This document shows, piece by piece, positions 24,774-35,060 of a stretch of 64,000 nt of DNA. This DNA comes from Lepidodermella squamata (Eukaryota; Animalia; Gastrotricha), in the NCBI GenBank assembly GCA_047495785.1, contig JBLDXI010000016.1, positions 558,001 through 622,000 on the forward strand, given 5' to 3'. The position numbers and the translations under genes are program-made. Numbering within the stretch: the first letter of the stretch is position 1; every line of letters begins with the position of its first letter. The notes under the pieces were generated by a model. That model was not told where the DNA came from. It ran no database searches and saw only the letters and a program-made list of their open reading frames with translations.

Positions 24774-26011
24774 AGTTCGGAAATTGTTTTTCTAAAGTGC
24801 TGAAAAGTAGCAGAATTTCACTCAACTTGCCTGAAGTCAAACTCACTCAACGGCTGTAGAGAAATAGTTGAATCACTTCTCATTTATTATCATTTTTATC
24901 TCGAACGATGATGGCTGTGAGTCGCGAAAAATGGATTATTAGAAATGACGGAGTCAACCCTGGACACGTCTGTTTCGACAGCAGACGCTTTTCTCCTTAG
25001 ATTTCCCATCGCACCAAACGCGCCTGTACTCTTAATTCCTCAAACTTCTTTCGGGGACAATCACAGGGCAAAACTACTGAAATTCAGTCTCGAAACGACG
25101 TGGGTTTTAAGTGCTTTCGTTTTATTTTACTTTCTTTCCAAATTCGCTCGTCATATGAGAGGAAGATATCGAAGAACGAATTTCGATGCTAGCAATGATT
25201 TGCCATCACGGCCAAAAATCGGGAAATGGGTGATTTGCATTGAATTAACGAGACAATTTAGCTGAAACGAGATCTTGATTTGATGATTGAATTGATATAA
25301 AATTATGCATCGAAAGGTATCAAGGCGTAATCACCAATTCAACACGGGAGCTGCAGAATGCATCCTTCGTGATAACTTCGTCGCGTTTGAAAGGGGCTGC
25401 TCTCGAAATGACCTATCCATAATGATCGGCTGAGCGAGAGCCATCAGATCAACAAAAAACGGTAGTTTATTGACTGATTCGCAACTGATTCGCAAACAAT
25501 AATAGAAGTACTGTCACTTGGTGGCGATAATACAAATGCAACACATTAGAATATAAAATCAAGGTTTGAATGACCACGAAAGTAATCATGGTAATACCAC
25601 CTGCATCGTTGGATAGATCATCTCGAGAAGAGCATAATGATGTAAATTTTGGGTCATATTCGGTTTTTCTTTATATCAAAGCAATTATAAAAACATAGCG
25701 ACCCCTTCAAACGAATTATTTCGATCTCGCTGTTTTATTTTTCCGGTCGAAAATAGGCTGAATTTCGACTTTGTTTGTTTTATTTAAAATGAGACAAATC
25801 TTGATTCAAGGGGATATTAAAGAACAGTTTCAGGTAGTTCGCATGACCTGAATGTATCAGAGATTCATGTCGGACAATTTTACTATCGATTACATTACAA
25901 TTTGGCATTACAATTTTAAACTCATAAGGGACGGGTATATGCTTTGAAAATGTCACGGTTCAATTTACTAGAGATTACATAATTGAACGCCCCGCGGTAA
26001 TATTTGCGACT

Positions 26012-28423
26012 TCATCGCGATGACTGAATTCGATATGGCAATCTCGTAAAATGTCGCCAGAGAATCGCTACCGCAATTCGCTTATCTTCAAACGTTTTCC
26101 ACATAGATTGGTAGACACTTCCTGGTCCACCGGAAGGAGGTCGCTGCCGTGGCTGCTGTTGACCAGAAATTATGTAGAATATAGCGCTCACTAAAATTGA
26201 TGTCACGAGAAGTGCGACTGAGATTGACAATTCTCGCATCCCACCTGATGACGTCATAAATCCGACCGCAATTGATGCAATGAAAATTGAAATGCAAACA
26301 ATTAATGACAGGCCGATTCTTTTGATTTCAGCGTATGATTTCAGGCCCTTTTTAGCTCTGAGCCGCATTGTTGAGAAAACGCCACACAAAAGAATTATCA
26401 AGTTGTAAATCAAAGCTACACCAATCCATATCGAGCCCCATTTCGAGTTACACGTAACAACTTTCGTCGTCACGTAAGCATCCGTAGGTTCTATATAATC
26501 GAAGCTACGCACAGTCCATTCAACGCTAGGAGGATCAGCTGCCATCCACACGACGTAGAAAATGATTGCGAGCAGAGTTAACAATCCTGTTTTCACAAGG
26601 ACGATCTTTTGATTGATCTTTATCTCAGGCCGGTGGTCTTTTCGATTGATTCTTCCCGGAATACGATCGATAATCTTCGCCATTTCGTAAGCTTCAACTG
26701 CGAGAGAGGAAAATAGCAGAGTGACACTTGCGATAGTCGCAAATTGGGTTACCCCGCAAAGGCTTTCTGATCTCATTCCGGCGTTAGTCGAAGCTAAAAT
26801 CGAAGAAACGTCGGCGAAAAGGAAACTTGATAAAATATGCATATTCCTCTTAAGAAAAGATTTTAAAATTCGACAGACGATACAGTAAGCCAAAGTTACA
26901 AGATGACAGCCCGAAAAAATGACAATAAGAATGAAACCAACTAAGGAGTTCCCAGCGGTAACTTCTATCTCATTTGCAGAATCTTTTGGCAAGAACCCTT
27001 GGGCGAAAGGCTTCTTCGATTTGACGACGAAAGCAGTTGAGTCCTGCATATCTGTTGAGTTTGCGTTCATAGTTACCAAGTATCTCACAACTTGACCAAG
27101 ACCAATTTGGTAACTAGTGAGGGTTTGAGGTTCAGAGTCCCACTCCAATCGTTTCGAGTAGAAAAAAGGACCTGTTCTTATGTTTTTAAACGAAACACAA
27201 GCCGCGCTTTTATTGGCGATAGAGCCTATCAAAGGCGGGCTATTCTTGAAATCCCTCAGGGTCATTTTCAGGGATCGCAGTTTGGCTTCTGTCGCCTCAA
27301 GTATTCTCACTGCTGTCATTGCGGCATCGTAGCAGAAATGCCGGAAGGCATCGCCCGGATGATAATATGGAATATATTTAGCCCAGATGCTTTCGAACTC
27401 ATTGTAAGTTAGGCCAAACTCGTCTTTACCCTCGTACGGGATCATTCGCGGATCGACCGGGCCAGATAGAATTGTTCGAGTCAGTTGTTCAATGTATATC
27501 TCATTCGTACAGCCTGGTGGGTAGGCAAAGGGCGGGAATGATTTAGGATCAACGTAAGCCATGCTTCCGATGAAGAATAAATATCGCTCGCCTTTCATGC
27601 CAAACTTGTGGAGCTGGCATAGAAAAATCAGGATGGACCGCCAATCGCCTGCTTCCATTGAAAACACGCGAACATCGGCATCTTTCAGCGTTAGGATAAA
27701 TTCATCACTAAATTCAGTCACCGCCTCGAATTTCAGCACGCGAAAGCCATTTCGAACCAATGCGCTATGAAAGTATATCGCAGACTCCGTGTTGAAGGTG
27801 ATGTCAGTGTTCAGTATTGTTACTACGGCGATTTTTCGAATATTTGTGAGTTTTTTCAAGAAATGGATTCTTGCTAGATGCCCGATTTCCGTTGGAGAGC
27901 GTATGCGGTATAAGTTTGGAAATAAATCTCGCCTTTCAGATAGACCAGGGGCTGGGCAAGACGTCGCAACTACAACCATGTCCAAGTGGCTTGCGACTGA
28001 GCCTAAAGATTTGCAGCCAGGAGTAAAGATTGGGCCTATGACTACTGGTGCTGGGTAAATGCCTTGCTCATCTCGCGATTCAATGTAGTCCCAAGAGAAT
28101 TGAACGCCCTGCATAGCAGATCCAGCAGTATTTGCGATTTCATCGCGATGATCAAGCTCGATGTGATATTCGGGCAAAATATCGCTCCTGTTGTTGACCA
28201 GCTCGATGGCTAGGTCTTGCGCCAGTAAACAGCGGTGGAAATCCACGCCGGGAATGCCTGAATCAACTGGTAAAACCGACAGCATTCTGAGCCGGAATGG
28301 CTTGGCTGCACGCGCGCATTCATAGCATATTAACAACAGCCCGAAAATGAGACCTAAGTTTGCAACCATCGAAAATGTAGCCAAAATCATTATGTTCGAA
28401 TTCAGATCTTTTTTATAGCTCAT
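26012..28423 (-). CDS. Intronless GABA-B-like class C GPCR copy D (likely start 28369)
   Basis: Same VFT+7TM motifs as the paralogues; signal peptide fits MVANLGLIFGLLLICYECARA. Confidence 0.9.
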   Translation of the reverse strand: MSYKKDLNSNIMILATFSMVANLGLIFGLLLICYECARAAKPFRLRMLSVLPVDSGIPGVDFHRCLLAQDLAIELVNNRSDILPEYHIELDHRDEIANTAGSAMQGVQFSWDYIESRDEQGIYPAPVVIGPIFTPGCKSLGSVASHLDMVVVATSCPAPGLSERRDLFPNLYRIRSPTEIGHLARIHFLKKLTNIRKIAVVTILNTDITFNTESAIYFHSALVRNGFRVLKFEAVTEFSDEFILTLKDADVRVFSMEAGDWRSILIFLCQLHKFGMKGERYLFFIGSMAYVDPKSFPPFAYPPGCTNEIYIEQLTRTILSGPVDPRMIPYEGKDEFGLTYNEFESIWAKYIPYYHPGDAFRHFCYDAAMTAVRILEATEAKLRSLKMTLRDFKNSPPLIGSIANKSAACVSFKNIRTGPFFYSKRLEWDSEPQTLTSYQIGLGQVVRYLVTMNANSTDMQDSTAFVVKSKKPFAQGFLPKDSANEIEVTAGNSLVGFILIVIFSGCHLVTLAYCIVCRILKSFLKRNMHILSSFLFADVSSILASTNAGMRSESLCGVTQFATIASVTLLFSSLAVEAYEMAKIIDRIPGRINRKDHRPEIKINQKIVLVKTGLLTLLAIIFYVVWMAADPPSVEWTVRSFDYIEPTDAYVTTKVVTCNSKWGSIWIGVALIYNLIILLCGVFSTMRLRAKKGLKSYAEIKRIGLSLIVCISIFIASIAVGFMTSSGGMRELSISVALLVTSILVSAIFYIISGQQQPRQRPPSGGPGSVYQSMWKTFEDKRIAVAILWRHFTRLPYRIQSSR

Positions 28424-29557
28424 TCATTGATCTTTCACGCATGTGTCATCTCCCAGCAACAGGAAACTCCTATGCTCTTTTCACGCCGCCTGAAAGCATT
28501 TCAATGGATTTTCCCACGCACGTCCCCAACAATAAGGGAATTGGTTTGCTTTAACAATTGCGTAACTGCTGAATTTAGTCCGTGACGCGAGGAATGTCAG
28601 CTTTATTGCAAGGTTGATCAATGCTTGATCAATGCGGACTAAATTCACGGACGAAAACTTAAACTTTAAAAACTTCTGAAGTTGCTACATGCTCCGGATG
28701 TAAGAAAAATGAACACTCCTAGCATGAAATTTGAAGCATAGTGCCGCTAAAATTACGTCTCATGATAAAATACAACAACAGGGCAGCCTGCATAAATGGG
28801 CTAAATTTTTGTATTCAAGGGAAACGAGGACAGTAGCGAAAAATTATGCAGTTTTGTCGCAAGGACGAAAAGCTTTGATTTTCAGATTTTAAAGACCAAA
28901 TTTTGGCGTCACAATGAAGGATAGTAAGGCTCGACTGGCAGTGTCGAAGTCCAACTGAAGGGTTAGGACGGAAGTGACAATTTTCATAAAGCGATCTCAA
29001 TATCCTTCCCAGCCGCTTAAATGTAAAACCCAAGAAATAACTGTATCTTTCACAGTTTTCAAGATTTATGGCATTGTGACGCCGAAATTGCGTCTCAAGA
29101 AAAATCTAAAAATTAAAACTCGTCGTTCTTGCAGCAGAATCGGCTCATTTTTCGCCTACTGCCCTCATTTACCAAACCATCTTCGAATAAAAAAATTCAG
29201 TCTGTAAGACCTATTCCTGCAGGCTGCTCTATTGTTAGATTTTATCCCGCGACGCAATTTCGGCGTCACTATGTGAGAAAAATGTACTCTCGTCCGCGCA
29301 GGGTAGCGCAGGGTAGTAAACTGCAATTGACTGACTCTTCAAGCGATCATATAATGAACAGGTTGCGATCGGCGGAATTGCCAGCAAGCTTCTTCCGCAG
29401 TCAATCTTAATGTCATAATAACCGCTTACCAAAATAAATTCGCTGACCTACTACTTATCAACCGTGTACACTGTACACCACTGTATCATTTGTTTATTGT
29501 CTCTTCTATTTTACTATGACTCGGAAGAGCTTTGGCTTTATGACGAATCACCTCATA

Positions 29558-30283
29558 AAGTATGCGCAAACTTTTATGTCTCGATTTTTTTGAAGAGCAA
29601 CTGCGTAGCCATGAGGAACTTTTCTATGCGGCTCTCGACAGTCGATAGATCTAGTCTGGGGCAAACCTTCCTCAAATTTCCGTTAGAATGGGGTTCGAGA
29701 GAGAAAATTGATGACGAAAATGCTGCCCGCGACGTTTATTGAAAATTCTCATTTTTGAAAGGATTTGAGATTGAATGGCATCATCCTGTGAAAAGGCTTT
29801 ATCGGAATTGTTTCTTACCTGAGAATCGGGTCAATAACGCGCCGTCAACAGGATAATTTGACTTAGCGCCCACAGAATAGGTCTTATCCACAAACCGCGA
29901 TCGGAAAATGATTTTGCAAAATTTTTGATTGATCTGTGCCAATTTTAAAAAACCTTGAGTTTCGAATAGTCGTGCAATGTTTTTTTCAGGAATCGGTGAC
30001 TTGGATCCATCACGGACCATCTCTAAAAAAAAACTTAAAGCCTCTAGCAAGAGAGGAAATCAACTCAGGCCACATATGATGCAAATAAAATGAAAAATTA
30101 TGAAAAACGGCAAAAGGCATTTCTTGCTTAACTTCTTTAAGACACATCTTTTTGAAACAAGCTCTTAGGGAATAATCAGACCACATCCGCTCTGCTGCTA
30201 ATTTTCTGAAAATTGCGTCTTCGTATCACTTATGGTTGAAAAGTCATTCAAAAAAGCGAGGCAACAACAGTTTGCGCACACTT
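29558..30283. mobile_element. Older copy of the TA-TSD MITE found in AGMO1 intron 1
   Basis: ta|aagtatgcgcaaac ... gtttgcgcacactt|ta; shares cagtcgatagatctagtctg and ttattgaaaattctcatttttgaaa. Confidence 0.75.
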
Positions 30284-30691
30284 TAGATCTTGGCGAATTT
30301 TAGGACAGAATAGTCGAAAGCTTGCAACCGTCTGCTACAGCAGAACTTTCACTCAAGCTTACGTGGAAGGATATGAGCGCTGAAATTTTACCCCTTTGCA
30401 TCCTTTTGCTGAAAAAATTGCCCACGGTATTTTTCGTTAAGTAAGTAGATAATAATCGCACTATAACACTTATATTCATTCTTCAAAATCATACTGTAAT
30501 TGGTGGATGCTGCAGCAGAATCAGTGTACGGCCTTATGCGGAGTTAAAGTCAAGATAGCTCGGCTGAAATATTATATTACATTTTGTGCAGATAGTGACA
30601 GTTGTTTTAAAAGTGGTTCAGCCTGCAAATGCATATAAATGTAAACACAGAATCCTTACAGTAATATAAGTATAATTAGCGAAGGTGAAAT

Positions 30692-32971
30692 TTATGTATG
30701 GCTGATAAACTTTGACCCTACATTGGTCGGAGTTTGCATGGTAGTTGTACAACTTATTACGCCAGGAAGTTCGCCCCCATTTCTCCAAGAAAAGAAGTAA
30801 AGAATTGCACTAACAGTCATTGACGTCACGAGAAGTGCGAAAGCAATAGCCAACTCCTGAACCCCTCCGGCTGAAGTCATGAATCCGATGGCAATTGATG
30901 CGATAAATATCGAAATGCAAGCAATTATTGAAAGAGCGGTTCTCTTCACTGCCGGGTATCGCTTCACGCCTTTGTTGGCTGTAAGTCTCATGGTTAACAA
31001 AACACCGGCTAAGAGAATCACCAAGTTGTAGATCAACGCAACCCCAATCCATGTCAAGCCCCATTTTGAGTAGCACGTAACAGCTGTTGTCTTCACATGG
31101 GCATCAGTAGATTCAATATATCTGAAGTCTTGAACCGTCCATAAAATGTTAGGAGGGTCGATGACCATCCAAATGATATAAAAGATGACGGAAACCATTG
31201 TTAACAACGCTGTTTTCAAATGAGCGAGCTTGCGACTGATCTTTACAGCAGGCCGGCTTTGAGTATGCTTCAGCTTGCGTGAAATAGGTTTCAAAACTTT
31301 TGCAAACTCGTATGCGTCAAAGCTGAGCGCAGCAAAAAGAAGCGTCGCTCCCAATAAGACAAAGAAAATGGACGAGCCACAAATTCCTGTTGATTTCATC
31401 GTAGCGTTGGTTGAAACCAAGACTGAAGAAACGTCGATGAAAAGGAAGCTGGCGATAAAGATCGCGTCTTGTCTAATCAGCTTATAACCTATGAATTTCG
31501 CAATCGCTATGAGATGGGAACCTGACAAAATGACGATTATCACGAATCCAACTATTGAATTCCCAGCTATCTCGTCAATTTCATCCGCGGAGTCTTTGGG
31601 TACAAAACCAGGGGCGAATGGTTTTATCGGTGTGATGTAAAAAGAATTCGTATCAAATAGATTTGTCGAATTGTCTTTCATGGTTACGGAATATCTAACA
31701 ACTTGGCCAACTCCGACTTGATAATTGGTAAGCATTTGAGGTTCGGAATCGAACTCCATGCGTTTGGAATAAGTAAAACGGCCCGTTCGCATGTTTCTAA
31801 ACGAAACGTCAGTCATACTCTTGTTAGCGATGGAACTAACTACATCTGGGTATTTTTTGTAGTCCTTGAGGGTCATTCCCACGGATTTCAGCTTGATTTC
31901 AGCCACCTCAAGTGCTCTAACCGCGGCCATGGCTGCATCGTAGCACATGTGGCGATAAATGTCCCCAGGGTGGGTAGTGCGAGTCTTCTCTGCCCAAATA
32001 CGTTCGAAAGCATTGTAACTTAGACCCATCTCATCAATTCCATTGTTTGGCAGGATCAGTGGGTCTGCAGGTCCTGATACAATTGTACGAAGCAGTTGCT
32101 CAGTGTACATTTCCCTAGTACATTTGGGCGGATAGGCCGGTGGAAATGACGGATCAGCATAAGCTATGCTCGCGATGAAGAACAGGTATCTATCCCCTCT
32201 CATTCCGAATCTGTGCAATTGGCAAAGGAATATCGTGATAGACCGCCAATCTCCAGCTTCCATCGAAAATACCCGAACATCGGCCTCTTTCAGCGTTAGA
32301 ATGAATTCATCGGAAAATTCCGTCACTGCCTCGAATTTCACCACGTCAAAGCCATTTCGAACGAGAGCGTAGTGGAAGAAGATTGCGGACTCTGTGTTGA
32401 GGGTATTTCCATTCAATATAGTAACAACGGCGATTTTCCGAATATTCGAGAATTTTTTCAAAAACTGAACTCGGGACAGGAGACCAATTTCTGCAGGCGA
32501 TCGAACGCGATAGAAATTCGGAAATAAATCTCGGCGTTGAGTTAGGCCTGGCGCTGGGCATGACGACGCAATTACGACCATGTTCAAATGTTTCGCAACC
32601 GAGCCCAGTGTTCGACATCCCGCTGTAAAGATAGGTCCAATGGCGACAGGGGACGGGAAAAAGTCTTTGTTATCTTGCGACTCAATGTAATCCCAGTAGA
32701 ATTGAACGCCTTGCATGGCCGATCCGGCTGTATTTGCGATTTCATCACGATGATCGAGTTCTATTTGATATTCGGGCAAAATATCGCTTCTGTTGTTGAC
32801 CAGCTCAATTGCCAAATCCTCCGCCTGTAGGCAACGATTGAAATCCAAGCCAGGGATACCTGAATTAACCGGCAACACCGACAACATTCTGAGTCGAAAT
32901 GGCTTGGCAGCCAGATTGAACTGCTCGAAAGAAAGCAGTAGCTTGATAAATAACCAAATTTCAAGATTCAT
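30692..32971 (-). CDS. Intronless GABA-B-like class C GPCR copy E (759 aa)
   Basis: VFT very similar to copies A/C; 7TM intact. Confidence 0.92.
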   Translation of the reverse strand: MNLEIWLFIKLLLSFEQFNLAAKPFRLRMLSVLPVNSGIPGLDFNRCLQAEDLAIELVNNRSDILPEYQIELDHRDEIANTAGSAMQGVQFYWDYIESQDNKDFFPSPVAIGPIFTAGCRTLGSVAKHLNMVVIASSCPAPGLTQRRDLFPNFYRVRSPAEIGLLSRVQFLKKFSNIRKIAVVTILNGNTLNTESAIFFHYALVRNGFDVVKFEAVTEFSDEFILTLKEADVRVFSMEAGDWRSITIFLCQLHRFGMRGDRYLFFIASIAYADPSFPPAYPPKCTREMYTEQLLRTIVSGPADPLILPNNGIDEMGLSYNAFERIWAEKTRTTHPGDIYRHMCYDAAMAAVRALEVAEIKLKSVGMTLKDYKKYPDVVSSIANKSMTDVSFRNMRTGRFTYSKRMEFDSEPQMLTNYQVGVGQVVRYSVTMKDNSTNLFDTNSFYITPIKPFAPGFVPKDSADEIDEIAGNSIVGFVIIVILSGSHLIAIAKFIGYKLIRQDAIFIASFLFIDVSSVLVSTNATMKSTGICGSSIFFVLLGATLLFAALSFDAYEFAKVLKPISRKLKHTQSRPAVKISRKLAHLKTALLTMVSVIFYIIWMVIDPPNILWTVQDFRYIESTDAHVKTTAVTCYSKWGLTWIGVALIYNLVILLAGVLLTMRLTANKGVKRYPAVKRTALSIIACISIFIASIAIGFMTSAGGVQELAIAFALLVTSMTVSAILYFFSWRNGGELPGVISCTTTMQTPTNVGSKFISHT

Positions 32972-33741
32972 TATTATTATTATCTTCTCAAAAAATGAAA
33001 TACTTTTTATGTTCGGGCATATTTATACCTTATTCATCGGATTTCCATTAGGGACCTCGCCAAAACAGGAAATTCCACGAAAACAGACCATCCTGCCGCT
33101 TAAAAGGATTTCGCTTAATTCTGTTTCGCCTTCTTCAGTAACAAACAGATGTAGTTTCGCATTAAGCAGGGCACGACATGCGTCTCTGAAATTTGTCAAA
33201 GGCTTGACGCGTGTCTGTTTTCCTGTCGATAGGGTCGATGGGGTCGATAGGGTCACATTTCACGAAGTATTATGTATATATCTTAAGCCGATTTCTTTCT
33301 CTGACATGTAACGGAAAAAGTGAACCGAAAACGATGACACATCATCAGTGGCGTAATAGTAATAGCTATGATTCATTGTTTTTGAGGGGGAGGGGTGACA
33401 TTTTTTTATACTCGTGTATACTCAAAGAAGGCGACCCGCGAGCGGAGCATTTGCTACGATCTTGGATTCCAGAGCTGCCAGGGATGGAAAAAATGTTTGC
33501 TGTTTTTGCAAAACTGGCTAGACATTTCAACTTTCAACTAGAGCGAGCAGAGCGAGAAAATTCCGAAGATTTTCCACTATAAATGGCTTCATTTCCACTC
33601 AAAATTAACGAATAAGTGAGATGAATTGAGCGTGGTTCAGTGGCGAAAAATTAGAACAGTCTTCGGCGTGTTCGGCAGTGCTCGTGCCGGTCTGTGAAGT
33701 TTAAATCATTTTCGCCTGGTTACGAAAAGATCACCAATTAA

Positions 33742-34687
33742 CCCTCCAGCGCCCACGGCGTGTATACACGCGTTTTCCACTTTTAATACCCGACAAATTC
33801 AGATGTTATCAATCAGCCTTTTCTTTTCACCTGATAATTTATTTCACTATGATTACGATGAAAAATATCGACCCCGAAAATTTTTTGCTGAAACAGCTGT
33901 GCCCTCTGTCGACGCAAAGTTGGCAAGTGCCTAATCGCTGGTTTACACGCTTATGGTGCGTCTTAATACGCAAAGTTGGCGTCTTAACACGCCACAATGG
34001 TCACACAGCTAGTGCGTGTTCACACGCGAACAATGTTGCGTCACAACACGCCAAAGACATTAACTAGGGCAAAAATAGCTATAAAACGCGAGCTGAATGC
34101 ATTGAAAAAATCAGAGTTTCATCGATACTTAGTTTTTGAGATATTCTGAATTCTGATCTTTTTCTGGCAATTCAACTGGCATCTCCACGGCTTCTGGCGC
34201 AAGGGCACAAGGTGAACCTGCTGAATACCGCGCTGGGTATCACTGCCGAAAACAATCAAATTAATTGCGCAAACGGCTTGACTTCGACATCGCGCGCTAC
34301 CTTGCCAATTCAATCACTAATCAATGAAAACTTGAACTATTTATTTTTAATTTAATTTTTTTTAATTTGCAAGCTGAGTGATTGATTATTGTTGATTTTA
34401 GCGAGAATCGTTGAAATTCCTGCGATTTCCGAATAAAAATGGTCAAAATCATGAATAAAATTAGCATATGGGCGTGTTTAGACGCCTCAATTTTTGCGTG
34501 TGAAGACGCCTCATTAGCGTGTCGAGACGTCTTAGTAATTTTTTTCGCAACTTGCGGGTATAGACGTCGAGATTTTGAAAAAGCGGGCTTACGCGTCCAA
34601 GTCGGCGTGTAAATCCGCCAAATCACCGAAAAACGCCTTTGCGTGTATACGCGCACATAGACACGCGCATCCGTGGGCGCTGGAGGG
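33742..34687. mobile_element. piggyBac-like non-autonomous element
   Basis: TTAA TSDs (33738-41, 34688-91), 17-bp TIR ccctccagcgcccacgg. Confidence 0.88.
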
Positions 34688-34693
34688 TTAAAG

Positions 34694-34851
34694 CAGTGCG
34701 CGAAGTACGGGGGAGGAATGAGGGGTATCGTACCCCCCAGTTCACAAGGCCAAAGTGGAAAATCCCCCCAAAAAATACAGGGGGGACCCTTTGGTCGTAT
34801 ATTTTGGGGCCGAAAATACCCCCTAGCTCGAGGATCCTACTTCGCGCACTG
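34694..34851. mobile_element. Small hAT-like MITE
   Basis: TIR cagtgcgcgaagta; 8-bp TSD aattaaag is restored once the piggyBac element is removed. Confidence 0.8.
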
Positions 34852-35060
34852 AATTAAAGTCAAAATCGTGAGATTTTTCTGGTTAGGAAAATTTTATTAC
34901 TTTGAATCCGAGAATGTATTGGTACGCATTTACTCTGGTATGAAAATGATTTGTTACGAATGTATCACTGTACGAATTTACGGTTAAGAAGTTACCATGA
35001 ATCGTTCAGATAAATATTTACAAACTTGAACATGAACAACATGAAAAAGCATGGTTTCAA

